NCBI GenBank assembly: GCA_963729875.1
Contig: CAVSPR010000002.1
Coordinates: forward strand, 287,082 to 351,081
From: an uncultured Acidobacteriota bacterium
GTDB taxonomy: Bacteria; Acidobacteriota; Vicinamibacteria; Fen-336
DNA: 64,000 nt
Direction: 5' to 3'
The notes under the pieces were generated by a model, which worked only from the letters and a program-made list of their open reading frames with translations, had not been told where the DNA came from and ran no database searches. The position numbers and the translations under genes were made by a program. Below are positions 15,994 to 24,996 of this stretch, one piece after another (the first letter of the stretch is position 1; each line of letters begins with the position of its first letter).

Positions 15994-17511
15994 ATGTCCA
16001 TGCCCCGCACCCTGGGAGAGCTGAAGGTGCCCCGTCCCCAGGAGCCCTGGCCCTCCGGCCAGGACAAGCCCTGGCCCTCCGGCCAGGACAGGCGCGTCTC
16101 CGTGAAGGAGGAGATGCGTCGCAACCTGCTGCGCAAGCTCGAGGCCCGCGACACGATCTTCCCCGGCATCGTCGGCTACGACGACTCGGTCGTGCCCCAG
16201 ATCGTGAACGCCGTGCTCTCGAAGCACAACATGATCCTGCTCGGCCTGCGGGGGCAGGCGAAGAGCCGCATCCTGCGGAGCCTGACGAGCCTGCTCGACG
16301 AGGCGACGCCGATGGTGGCGGGCTGCGAGATCAACGACGACCCCTTCCGGCCGCTGTGCAAGCGCTGCCGCGACCTCGTGGCCGAGAAGGGCGACGCGAC
16401 GCCCGTGGCCTGGCTCACGCCGGACCGGCGCTACGTCGAGAAGCTCGCCACCCCCGACGTCACGATCGCCGACATCATCGGCGATATCGACCCGATCCGC
16501 GCCGCTCGAGGCGGCTTCGACCTCGCGAGCGAGCTGACCATGCACTACGGCCTGCTGCCGCGGGCCCACCGGGGGATCTTCGCCCTGAACGAGCTGCCCG
16601 ACCTCGCCGGGCGCATCCAGGTGGGCCTCTTCAACATCCTCCAGGAGGGGGACGTGCAGATCAAGGGCTACCCGGTGCGGCTGCCCATCGACGTCTGCAT
16701 GGTCTTCACCGCGAACCCCGAGGACTACACCGCCCGCGGCAAGATCATCACGCCCCTCAAGGACCGCATCGGCAGCGAGATCCGCACCCACTACCCGACC
16801 ACGATCGAGCACGGCGTCGCGATCACCGCCCAGGAGGCGTGGACCGACCGGCGAAAGGACCTCGTGGTGCCCCGCTACGTGCGCGAGGTGGTCGAGGGCG
16901 TCGCCTTCGCCGCCCGCCGGGACAAGAAGATCGACCGGCGGAGCGGCGTCTCCCAGCGCCTGCCCATCTCCGCCCTCGAGAACGCGATCAGCAACGCGGA
17001 GAGGCGCGCGCTGCTCGCCGGCGAGACGCCGATCGTCCCCCGCATCTCCGACATCTACGCCGCCCTGCCCTCGCTCACGGGGAAGTTCGAGCTCGAGTAC
17101 GAGGGCGAGCTGCTGGGCGCGGAGAACGTGGCCCGCGAGCTCATCCGCGAGGCGGTGGGCGAGGTGTTCTCGACGTACCTGGGCACCGTCCATTTCCGCC
17201 AGGTCGTCCGCTTCTTCGAGGAGGGCGGCACCCTGCGGATACGCGAGGGCTCCTCGTCGGAGGAGGTCCTCGCCCAGCTCCAGCGCGTGCCGGAGGCGCT
17301 CGAGCACACGGAGGCGCTCGGGGTGAACCCGGGCGACCCCGCGCCCCTGGTCGCGGCGGCGGGGGAGTTCGTGCTGGAGGGTCTCTGGGCCCAGAAGAAG
17401 ATCGGCCGCAGCGACGACCGCGGCTTCGTGGCCCCGGAGCGCAAGGGCGACGTCGAGCTCGACCTCGAGCGGCTCGAGCGGCTGCGCAAGCTGAAGAAGC
17501 AAGTGAACTGA
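15994..17511 (+). CDS. ChlI/MoxR-like AAA+ ATPase (magnesium-chelatase-I-like)
   Basis: ATG 15994 in ORF 15754..17511. FPGIVGYDDSVVPQIVNAVLSKHNMILLGLRGQAKSR (Walker A-like), GIFALNELPDL (Walker B-like) and the arginine-finger region LKDRIGSEI. Partnered with a vWA gene. Confidence 0.85.
   Translation: MSMPRTLGELKVPRPQEPWPSGQDKPWPSGQDRRVSVKEEMRRNLLRKLEARDTIFPGIVGYDDSVVPQIVNAVLSKHNMILLGLRGQAKSRILRSLTSLLDEATPMVAGCEINDDPFRPLCKRCRDLVAEKGDATPVAWLTPDRRYVEKLATPDVTIADIIGDIDPIRAARGGFDLASELTMHYGLLPRAHRGIFALNELPDLAGRIQVGLFNILQEGDVQIKGYPVRLPIDVCMVFTANPEDYTARGKIITPLKDRIGSEIRTHYPTTIEHGVAITAQEAWTDRRKDLVVPRYVREVVEGVAFAARRDKKIDRRSGVSQRLPISALENAISNAERRALLAGETPIVPRISDIYAALPSLTGKFELEYEGELLGAENVARELIREAVGEVFSTYLGTVHFRQVVRFFEEGGTLRIREGSSSEEVLAQLQRVPEALEHTEALGVNPGDPAPLVAAAGEFVLEGLWAQKKIGRSDDRGFVAPERKGDVELDLERLERLRKLKKQVN
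16045..16092 (+). repeat. 24-bp tandem duplication (2 copies, 1 mismatch) inside the AAA ATPase N-terminus
   Basis: ccctggccctccggccaggacaag / ccctggccctccggccaggacagg, encoding PWPSGQDK-PWPSGQDR. Confidence 0.9.
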
Positions 17512-18731
17512 TGGCGGTCATCCGCTACCACCGGTACGTAGGCGAGCTCTGGGACGACCTGAACCTGGAGGAGCTCGTCGACGAGCTCTCCGACTTCTTC
17601 CTGGAGAGCGGCTTCGGCCGCGAGATGGAGGACTGGGGCGGGGACGACCTCCAGGCCCTGCACGACGCGATCCTCGAGGCGCTGCTCCGGCGGGGACTTC
17701 TCTCGCCCGACGATCTCGAGAAGCTCATGGCCGACCAGGAGGCCCTCGACCAGTTCCTGCAGAAGACGGTCGAGCGTCTCCTCCGGGAGGGTTACCTCCG
17801 GACGAGCGAGGCCCAGCCCTTCAACGACCCCACGGGTGGGGGCGGGCACGGCCCCGAAGGTCCGCCGGTCAGGTTCGAGCTCACCGAGAAGACCGTCGAC
17901 TTTCTCGGGTACCGGTCGCTGCGCGACCTGCTGGGCTCGGTGGGGAAGGCCTCGTTCGGCCGCCACGACACCCGGGACCTCGCCACCGGGATCGAGGCGT
18001 CGGGCCCCTCCAAGGACTGGGAGTTCGGGGACACGATGAACCTCGACGTCTCCGGGACGCTGCTCAACGCCCTCGCGCGCGAGGGGCTCCAGATCCCGCT
18101 CGACGTCGACTACAGGGACCTCCAGGTCCGCCAGTCCGAGTACCAGTCCTCCTGCGCGACCGTGGTCCTCCTCGACTGCTCGCACAGCATGATCCTCTAC
18201 GGCGAGGACCGCTTCACCCCAGCCAAGAAGGTCGCCCTCGCCCTCTCGCACCTGCTGCGCACGCAGTACCCCGGGGACAGCCTGCACCTCGTCCTCTTCC
18301 ACGACTCGGCGGAGGAGGTGCCGATCTCGCAGCTCGCCCGGGTGCGGGTGGGGCCGCACTACACGAACACCCGCGAGGGGCTGCGCCTCGCCCAGCGGAT
18401 CCTGGCGCGCCAGCGCAAGGACATGAAGCAGATCGTGATGATCACCGACGGCAAGCCGTCGGCCCTCACCGAGCCCGACGGGCGGATCTACCGCAACCCC
18501 TTCGGCCTCGACGCCCGCGTCGTCGCCCTCACCCTGAAGGAGGTCGCGAACTGCCGCCGGCAGGGCATACTCATCAACACGTTCATGCTCGCGCGCGACC
18601 GCGAGCTGGTGGCGTTCGTCAAGAAAGTGAGCGAGATGTGCCGGGGCAAGGCCTACTTCACGAGCCCGTGGAGCCTCGGCCAGTACGTCCTGATGGACTA
18701 CCTCAACAAGAAGGTGAAGAAGGTCCACTGA
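17511..18731 (+). CDS. CoxE-like von Willebrand factor A (vWA) domain protein
   Basis: ATG 17511 overlaps the ATPase stop (TGATG), in the frame of ORF 16356..18731. [22 protein letters not shown]... MIDAS-type block [18 protein letters not shown]...[11 protein letters not shown]...ITDGKPSA. Confidence 0.85.
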   Translation: MAVIRYHRYVGELWDDLNLEELVDELSDFFLESGFGREMEDWGGDDLQALHDAILEALLRRGLLSPDDLEKLMADQEALDQFLQKTVERLLREGYLRTSEAQPFNDPTGGGGHGPEGPPVRFELTEKTVDFLGYRSLRDLLGSVGKASFGRHDTRDLATGIEASGPSKDWEFGDTMNLDVSGTLLNALAREGLQIPLDVDYRDLQVRQSEYQSSCATVVLLDCSHSMILYGEDRFTPAKKVALALSHLLRTQYPGDSLHLVLFHDSAEEVPISQLARVRVGPHYTNTREGLRLAQRILARQRKDMKQIVMITDGKPSALTEPDGRIYRNPFGLDARVVALTLKEVANCRRQGILINTFMLARDRELVAFVKKVSEMCRGKAYFTSPWSLGQYVLMDYLNKKVKKVH

Positions 18732-18732
18732 C

Positions 18733-19080
18733 ATGAAGAAGATCGACTGGCGGTACAACCGGCCCGGCTGAACGACCTGCGGCAAGGCGCAGGGGTTCCT
18801 TGCGCAGAAGAAGGTCGACACGGTCGAGCTGGTGGACGCGAAGAAGACGCGGCTGGGGCTGAAGGACGCGCTCGAGATGCTGAAGGGGGCCGACGTGCTC
18901 ATCGCCGCCCGGGGGAAGAAGGTCGAGCGGCTCGACCTCAAGGCGGAGAGACCCGACAAGGCCACGGTCGAGCGGCTGATGCTGGGCCCGACGGGAAACC
19001 TGCGCGCGCCGACCCTGCGCGTGGGCCGCACGCTCCTCGTCGGATTCGACGAGGAGACGTACCGGAAGGTGCTCGGCTAG
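18733..19080 (+). CDS. ArsC/Spx/YffB-fold protein with in-frame TGA at codon 13 (candidate UxxC selenoprotein; alternatively a pseudogene)
   Basis: The ORF track only shows 18832..19080. The same frame extends back to ATG 18733 and is interrupted only by TGA 18769..18771: MKKIDWRYNRPG-[TGA]-TTCGKAQGFLAQKKVDTVELVDAKKTRLG... The TGA sits where this family has the first Cys of its N-terminal CxxC/CxxS redox motif. Confidence 0.55.
18777..18807 (+). other. putative bacterial SECIS-like stem-loop downstream of TGA 18769
   Basis: Two alternative folds. Either 18787..18805, gcgcaggg-gtt-ccttgcgc (8 bp including one G-U, G-first apical loop, starting 16 nt after the TGA). Or the longer 18777..18807, ctgcg(g)caagg / ccttgcgcag (10 bp with one bulged G). 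Confidence 0.4.
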
Positions 19081-20213
19081 GCCGGCGCCTCGACGGCGGC
19101 GCGAAGCGCGCGGACGTTCGCGGGCGGCGCACCCGGGGGAACCGAGCAGGCGGTCGACAGGACGTAGCCCCCGCCGGGGGCGGCAATCTCGATCCGGCGG
19201 CGCGCGTCCGCGAGGACGGCCTCCGCGGTGCCGAGGAGCACCGTCCCCACGGGGTCCACGTTGCCCTTGAGGAAGAGCCGGCCGCCCACGCGCGCCTTCG
19301 CGTCGGCGAGCTCCACGTCGCCGAGGGGCGGAGGGTCGAGGGTGTCGATCCCGTCCGTGCCCGTCTCCGCGAGGAGCTCCAGCCGGTCGCCGAGCACGCC
19401 GCACGTGTGCGTGTAGACCGGCGTCCGGGGGCACCGGACCTTGAAGGCGGCGATCACCCGGGACTCGCAGGGCAGGACGAACTCGCGGTAGTGGCGGGTG
19501 GAGATGAGGCCGCCGCCCGCGTAGGCGCTCGAGACGAGCACGGCGTCGGCCCCGGCTGCGACGTGGCCGGCCATGAGCGCGACCGTCCCGTCGCACAGCG
19601 CCTCGAGGCAAGCCCTCACCCGCGCCGGGTCCGCCCTCAGGGCCATCATCGCCTCGTCTGTCCCCACCGCCTCGCACAGCTGGCTGAACGGCGAGAAGAC
19701 CTCGCCATGGACGCTCGTGTCCGGGGCCTTCTCCCGCACGCGGCGCAGCGTGTCCCCGTGCCACGCGGGGAACGCGGACCACTCCCACTCGAGGCCGAAG
19801 AGGCCGTGTGGCTCCAGGTAGAAGAGCCGGTCGGGATCGAGGGCTTCGAGGCGGAGGAGAGGGCGCGTCCTCCGGTCCGCGAGGAACACGTGCGGGTTGT
19901 CGTCGGGCGGGCAGACGGTGACGAGCCCGTTCCTCCAGACGACGTGCCGGTCGCGATCCGCGGTCTCCACGCGCACGATCTCGTCCCGCCAGCCCGGGTC
20001 CCGCCCCGGGAGGTTCACGAGGATGCCGTCGAACCCGTAGGCCTGTTGCAGGCGCACCAGCGCCTCGGCGAAGGCCTCGCCGTCGTGCCAGACGTCCACC
20101 GGGTCGAGGCCCGCGTGGAGGAAGTAGTGGCCGAGCGCGAGCTGGCACATCACCGGCACGCGGTCGGGGACCCCGCGCCGCATCGCGACGGCCATCCGCT
20201 CGCGGGCGTTCAC
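19077..20213 (-). CDS. uroporphyrinogen decarboxylase (URO-D) family protein, MtaA/CmuA-like
   Basis: ORF 19077..20336. Likely start is GTG 20213 (GTGA overlap with the GH3 stop) or ATG 20195. URO-D-fold blocks ...DRVPVMCQLALGH..., HTCGVLGDRLELLAETGTDGIDTLDPP, GGGYVLSTACSVPPGAP. Confidence 0.8.
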   Translation of the reverse strand: MNARERMAVAMRRGVPDRVPVMCQLALGHYFLHAGLDPVDVWHDGEAFAEALVRLQQAYGFDGILVNLPGRDPGWRDEIVRVETADRDRHVVWRNGLVTVCPPDDNPHVFLADRRTRPLLRLEALDPDRLFYLEPHGLFGLEWEWSAFPAWHGDTLRRVREKAPDTSVHGEVFSPFSQLCEAVGTDEAMMALRADPARVRACLEALCDGTVALMAGHVAAGADAVLVSSAYAGGGLISTRHYREFVLPCESRVIAAFKVRCPRTPVYTHTCGVLGDRLELLAETGTDGIDTLDPPPLGDVELADAKARVGGRLFLKGNVDPVGTVLLGTAEAVLADARRRIEIAAPGGGYVLSTACSVPPGAPPANVRALRAAVEAPA

Positions 20214-22060
20214 TTCGGCGGGGCGGAGGCGATCGGAGCGCCCGGGGCAACCGCGGCGCGCTCGAGGCCGTGTCCGGCGGGGAAGAGGCCGGGGATCGTG
20301 ACCGGCAGCTTGCCGCCGATCGGTGCCTCGCCGCACAAGGCCCGGACGACGGCTGCCTCCGGGGCGTCGCCCCAGTCGTAGGCGAGGAGCACCGCCGGCA
20401 CCTTCGGGGCGAGATCCCCGACGTAGGGGCTGCCGAAAGCGGCGACGGTGAGCGGCCGCTTCGGGTCGGCGGCGAGCTGCTCGAGCAGCGACAGCTGCGC
20501 CGGCGCGAGCCCCATCCGCCCGCTGCCCGAGGCGATCCGCACGTACGTCGCCGCCACCACCGCGTCGTGCCCCTTCGCCAGGGCCCGCAGCAGGTCCAGC
20601 TCGGCCGCGGTCGTGCGGTCCGACACCTCCACGGCGGTGACGCTGCCGAAGCGCTTCTTGAGCTCCGGGATGAAGACGCGGCCGGGCGCGCCCTCCCGCC
20701 AGCCGCTCGCGTAGTCGACGACCGACAGCACGAGGACGCGGGCGCCCGAGGGCAGCCGCAACGGCACCTGGCCGCGGTCGTCCTTCAGCAGCGTGATCGC
20801 CTTCGCGGCGACCTCGGCGGCCACCGCCTCGCGGGCCCGCCCGCCCAGACCGGACGGTACCGCCTCCACGTCGACGGTCCGCGTCCGCTGCAGGCCGAGG
20901 CGCGCCTTCGCCCGCAGGATGCGAACGACCGACCGGTCGAGCTGCTCCCGGGAGATCTCGCCTCTTTCGACCGCCTCGCGGATGCCGCGCACTGAGGCCT
21001 CGGCGTCGGGAGGGTCGAGGACGATGTCGGCCCCCGCCCCGACCGCCATTGCCGCCGCCCGGTCGGCCGGGAAGCCCTTGACGATCGCCCCCATCGACAT
21101 CGAGTCCGTGAACACGAGGCCGTCGAAGGCCAGCTCCTGGCGCAGCAGGCCGGTGAGAATGGGCCGGGAGAGCGTCGCCGGAAGCCCCTCCGTCGGGTCG
21201 AGGGCGGGCAGGCGGATGTGGGTCGACATCACGGCGTCGACGCCGGCCCCGATCGCGGCCTCGAAGGGGACGAGCTCGACCGCGTCGAGCCGCGAGCGTG
21301 GATGCTCGATCACGGCGAGGCCGATGTGGGTGTCGATCGCGGTGTCGCCGTGGCCGGGGAAGTGCTTGGCCGTGGACAGCATCCCGCCGGCCTGGATGCC
21401 CTTCATGTAGGCGACGGCCATCCGCCCCACGAAGGCCGGGTCCTCGCCGAAGGAGCGGAGGTTGATGATCGGGTTCGCCGGGTTGTTGTTGACGTCCACC
21501 ACCGGGTAGAAGTCCACGTGGACGCCGAGGGCCCGTCCCTCGCCGGCGGTGAGGCGGCCCGCGCGCTCGGCCAGCCCTTCCTCACGCGCCGCGCCGAGGG
21601 CCATGGCCCGGGGGTACCGCGTCGCCCCCTCCACGATGTAGCCCGCCCCGCCCTCGAAGTCGGCGGTGAAGAGAAGCGGGAAAAGGGAGGCGCGCTGGAG
21701 GCGGTTGAGGAGCGCCGCGATCGCCAGCGCGTCGCCCCGGGTCGCCCGCCCTCCCGAGGTCCCGTAGACCGGGTTCAGGAGCACGGGCGGCAGCGACTCC
21801 CCCCCGCCGAAGACGTGGAAGCCCCCGACGCCGAGGCGCACGAGCCGCTCGAGCTTCTCGGCGGCGTCGCTGTCGTTCGGCGTGTAGACGCCGTTGAGGC
21901 CGGGCACGACGAGCTGCGCCGCCTTCTGCCCGAGCGTCATCTTCGCGAGAGTCTTCCGGACCCAGGACTCGACTTTCTTGTCCGGCTCCGGGGGCGCGGC
22001 GAGGAGGGTGGCGGCGGCGAGCGCGGCGGCGGGAGCGAGGAGGAGAGCGGTCTTGCGCAT
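20210..22060 (-). CDS. glycoside hydrolase family 3 (NagZ/BglX-like), secreted
   Basis: ATG 22060 within ORF 20210..22708. Signal peptide MRKTALLLAPAAALAAATLLAAPP. GH3 motifs FTADFEGG, NPIINLRSFGEDP, KHFPGHGDT. The upstream part of the ORF is Arg/Pro-rich read-through. Confidence 0.9.
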   Translation of the reverse strand: MRKTALLLAPAAALAAATLLAAPPEPDKKVESWVRKTLAKMTLGQKAAQLVVPGLNGVYTPNDSDAAEKLERLVRLGVGGFHVFGGGESLPPVLLNPVYGTSGGRATRGDALAIAALLNRLQRASLFPLLFTADFEGGAGYIVEGATRYPRAMALGAAREEGLAERAGRLTAGEGRALGVHVDFYPVVDVNNNPANPIINLRSFGEDPAFVGRMAVAYMKGIQAGGMLSTAKHFPGHGDTAIDTHIGLAVIEHPRSRLDAVELVPFEAAIGAGVDAVMSTHIRLPALDPTEGLPATLSRPILTGLLRQELAFDGLVFTDSMSMGAIVKGFPADRAAAMAVGAGADIVLDPPDAEASVRGIREAVERGEISREQLDRSVVRILRAKARLGLQRTRTVDVEAVPSGLGGRAREAVAAEVAAKAITLLKDDRGQVPLRLPSGARVLVLSVVDYASGWREGAPGRVFIPELKKRFGSVTAVEVSDRTTAAELDLLRALAKGHDAVVAATYVRIASGSGRMGLAPAQLSLLEQLAADPKRPLTVAAFGSPYVGDLAPKVPAVLLAYDWGDAPEAAVVRALCGEAPIGGKLPVTIPGLFPAGHGLERAAVAPGAPIASAPPK

Positions 22061-22095
22061 GGCTGATTCTATTCGGGGCGAGCCGGCTTCGCGCC

Positions 22096-22773
22096 TCAGG
22101 GCTCGAAGCGCAGCGTGCCGAAGCAGTGGGGGAGATGGAAGTTGAGGGCGTCGACCGGCGACCACGAGGCCCAGTGGGGGTGGGAGGTGCGGTCGCCGCA
22201 CTTGTAGAGGTTGGCGCGCCACTCCTGGCCACCGAGGGGGCCGATGGGACCGACGTACGCCTCGAGGAGTGCTTTCGGGATGAAGTATGCGATCTGCCAG
22301 TCCGCCTCGATCTCGGGGTCGACCACTCCCGGCAGCGTGGAGCGCACGGCCACCCGGCGGCCGTCCTCCTCGGGGAGCCGGGTGAAGGCGGCGAAGCCCT
22401 CGGGCGTGCGGCGGTGGTTGGTGATGTGGCTCGCGAGCAGCGCGCCGCCCGCGTTCATCTCGAAGTTGAGGTAGCCCCGGTCGGGCTTCGGCTGGAGGAA
22501 GATCTCGACGCAGCTGTCCTGGTAGACGGGCTCGCCGAAGCGGGTATGGACGGAGCGCACGTGGCGGTCCTCGACCCGGAAGAGGCCGCAGAGGCCCTCG
22601 GCGTGGTACAGGAGGCGCGCCCGGGTGCGGGGGCGGTGGTCGCTGCCCTCCGGCCGGAAGTGGGCGACCTCCAGCGTCTCCGCCGAGGACCAGGCGGGGT
22701 CGTCCCACCCCGCCTCGAGGAGCGGGCGCTCCCGCGCGACGCGCACGACGTACTCCACCCCCCGTGCGTTCAT
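22096..22773 (-). CDS. carbohydrate-binding family 9 (CBM9/DOMON-like) protein
   Basis: ORF 22096..22830; ATG 22773 (MNARGVEYVV...) or 22794. CBM9-like blocks DDPAWSSAE, DSCVEIFLQP, YLNFEMNAGG, WRANLYKC. Paralogous to 57378..58196. Confidence 0.75.
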   Translation of the reverse strand: MNARGVEYVVRVARERPLLEAGWDDPAWSSAETLEVAHFRPEGSDHRPRTRARLLYHAEGLCGLFRVEDRHVRSVHTRFGEPVYQDSCVEIFLQPKPDRGYLNFEMNAGGALLASHITNHRRTPEGFAAFTRLPEEDGRRVAVRSTLPGVVDPEIEADWQIAYFIPKALLEAYVGPIGPLGGQEWRANLYKCGDRTSHPHWASWSPVDALNFHLPHCFGTLRFEP

Positions 22774-22819
22774 CAAAGACGCTCCCGCCGTCATATTATC
22801 CGGCCTCGAGGAGCTCCGG

Positions 22820-24604
22820 ATGACCCTCACCCTGCTGGACTGGCTCGCGATCGCCGCCTACTTCGCCGCCAACGTCGGGATCGGCCTCTACTACCGCCGG
22901 CGGGCCCAGGGCTCGACCGAGGACTACTTCGTGAGCGGCCGCAACGTCTCCTGGTGGCTGGCCGGGACCTCGATGGTGGCGACCACCTTCGCCGCCGACA
23001 CGCCCCTCGCCGTGACCGGGCTCGTGGCGAGCTTCGGCATCGCGGGCAACTGGCTGTGGTGGAGCATGCTCATGAGCGGCATGCTCACCGTCTTCTTCTA
23101 CGCGCGCCTGTGGCGCCGGGCGGGCGTGCTCACCGACGTCGAGTTCGCCGAGATCCGCTACGCCGGCCGGCCCGCCGCCTTCCTGCGCGGCTTCCGCGCC
23201 CTCTACCTGGGCCTCCCCATCAACCTGATCATCATGGGCTGGGTCAACCTGGCCATGGTGAAGATCCTGTCCATGATCTTCGGGGTGGGCAAGGCCGAGG
23301 CCCTGCTGATGGTCTTCGGCATGATGCTGGTCACCGCCTTCATCTCGACGCTCTCCGGTCTGTGGGGCGTCCTCGTGATGGACCTCTTCCAGTTCGCCCT
23401 GAAGATGGGGATGGTGGTCGTGCTCGCCGTCTGCGCGGTTCGCGCGGTGGGCGGGATGGAAGCCCTGAAGGCGAAGCTGCACGCCCTCGACGTGGCCCGC
23501 GCCGCCGGGGGAGGGGGCGGCTCGATCCTCTCGTTCGTCCCCGACGTCGGCTCCGCCTGGATGCCGATGCTCACCTTCTTCGTCTACGTGGCGGTGAACT
23601 GGTGGGCGACCTGGTACCCGGGGGCGGAGCCGGGCGGGGGCGGCTTCGTGGCGCAGCGGATCTTCTGCGCGAAGGACGAGAAGCACTCGCTCCTCGCCAC
23701 CCTGTGGTTCAACGTGGCGCACTACGCGGTGCGTCCCTGGCCGTGGATCCTCACCGCGCTGTGCAGCCTCGTCCTCTACCCCGACCTCGCCGACAAGGAG
23801 TCGGGCTTCGTGAAGACGATCCTCGACCCGGCGGTCTTCCCGGCGGCCCTGCGCGGGGTGATGGTCGCGGCCTTCGCCGCCGCCTATATGTCGACGGTCG
23901 GCACCCAGCTCAACTGGGGGGCTTCCTACCTCGTGAACGACTTCTACCGCCGCTTCCTCGTGCGCGGCGCGAGCGAGAGGCACTACGTCCGCATGTCGCA
24001 GGCGGCCACGATCCTCGTCATGCTGGCCTCCTGCGCCGTCACCTGGTACCAGGAGTCGATCGCGGACGCCTGGAAGCTGCTGATCGCGGTGGGGGCGGGG
24101 ACGGGGAGCGTCTTCATCCTTCGCTGGTTCTGGTGGCGCATCAACGCCTGGAGCGAGGTCTCGGCCATGGCCGCCTCGTTCGTGGTCTCGCTCCTGCTGC
24201 AGTCCGTCTGGGGGCTGCGCAGCGAGGACCCGGCCGAGTTCGCGTGGATCGTGCTCATCACCGTGGCCGCCTCGACCCTCGTGTGGCTGGCCGCGACGTG
24301 GCTGACCCCGCCGGAGCCCGAGGGGACGCTCCTCGCCTTCTACCGGCGGGTGCGGCCGGCCGCTGCCCTCTGGGGGCCCATCGCCGCCCGCGCCACGGAC
24401 GTCGTGCCCCCCCGCGACGGGCTCTCGAACCTGGTGAGCTGGGTCGCGGGCTGCGTCCTCGTGTACGCGACCCTCTTCGGCGTCGGCAAGGTCATCTTCG
24501 GCGAGACGGCACTCGGCCTCGGGATGCTGGCGGTGGCAGCAGGGGCCGGGGGGCTGATCTACCGCGGCCTCGAGCGCCGCGGCTGGCGGACGGTCGTGGA
24601 GTGA
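22820..24604 (+). CDS. sodium:solute symporter (SSS) family transporter
   Basis: ATG 22820 in ORF 22625..24604. MTLTLLDWLAIAAYFAANVGIGLYYRRRAQGSTEDYFVSGRNVSWWLAGTSMVATTFAADTPL is the canonical SSS N-terminus. About 13-14 TM segments. Confidence 0.9.
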   Translation: MTLTLLDWLAIAAYFAANVGIGLYYRRRAQGSTEDYFVSGRNVSWWLAGTSMVATTFAADTPLAVTGLVASFGIAGNWLWWSMLMSGMLTVFFYARLWRRAGVLTDVEFAEIRYAGRPAAFLRGFRALYLGLPINLIIMGWVNLAMVKILSMIFGVGKAEALLMVFGMMLVTAFISTLSGLWGVLVMDLFQFALKMGMVVVLAVCAVRAVGGMEALKAKLHALDVARAAGGGGGSILSFVPDVGSAWMPMLTFFVYVAVNWWATWYPGAEPGGGGFVAQRIFCAKDEKHSLLATLWFNVAHYAVRPWPWILTALCSLVLYPDLADKESGFVKTILDPAVFPAALRGVMVAAFAAAYMSTVGTQLNWGASYLVNDFYRRFLVRGASERHYVRMSQAATILVMLASCAVTWYQESIADAWKLLIAVGAGTGSVFILRWFWWRINAWSEVSAMAASFVVSLLLQSVWGLRSEDPAEFAWIVLITVAASTLVWLAATWLTPPEPEGTLLAFYRRVRPAAALWGPIAARATDVVPPRDGLSNLVSWVAGCVLVYATLFGVGKVIFGETALGLGMLAVAAGAGGLIYRGLERRGWRTVVE

Positions 24605-24654
24605 GGGCGCTTGCCGCCCGTGGGATACTGGGTCGGCTTCCGGGAGGCGTGGCG

Positions 24655-24993
24655 ATGGCGCACAGCGTCGAGGGCGAGCAGCAGCGGCGGTGGGAGCGGC
24701 GGGTGCCCGTCCACCCCGTGCGGGTCGCGGCCGAGACCGAGGCCATCGCGGGGGCCACCGGCGAGGCCCTCAACCTCTCCGACGGCGGGGCGTGCCTCGC
24801 CCTGCAGACGAGCGACCTCGCGGTGGGCGACGAGGTGATCCTCTGGCTCGCGTTCGCCCGCCAGGGCCAGCCGGTGCCGGCCACCGGTCGCATCGTGTGG
24901 GCGGGCGGCGGCTGGGGGCGGCCCCGCTACGGCCTCGAGTGGACGCACGAAGGGCCCCAGAGGTCCTGGCTCGGCTGGCTGACCCGGGCCTGA
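24655..24993 (+). CDS. PilZ domain protein (c-di-GMP receptor motifs)
   Basis: ATG 24655 in the tail of ORF 22126..24993. RRWERR (RxxxR) and NLSDGG ([D/N]xSxxG) motifs at the proper spacing. 112 aa. Confidence 0.75.
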   Translation: MAHSVEGEQQRRWERRVPVHPVRVAAETEAIAGATGEALNLSDGGACLALQTSDLAVGDEVILWLAFARQGQPVPATGRIVWAGGGWGRPRYGLEWTHEGPQRSWLGWLTRA

Positions 24994-24996
24994 CGC

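Noticed and set aside
18769-18771. Treating TGA 18769 simply as a stop, so that the gene would be the 82-aa fragment 18832..19080 or a pseudogene
   Set aside because: Not fully rejected. It is disfavoured for three reasons: the upstream 12 codons plus the 20 codons after the TGA reconstruct the family N-terminus, the TGA falls exactly on the redox-Cys column, and a SECIS-like hairpin follows it. Given the indel errors elsewhere, a substitution error (TGC to TGA) remains a live alternative.
15658-19031. 614-aa and 658-aa minus-strand ORFs (15658..17502, 17055..19031) and the N-terminal part of plus ORF 16356..18731
   Set aside because: They are antisense or off-frame to the AAA ATPase and vWA genes. 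The plus ORF becomes meaningful only from ATG 17511, where the vWA protein begins.
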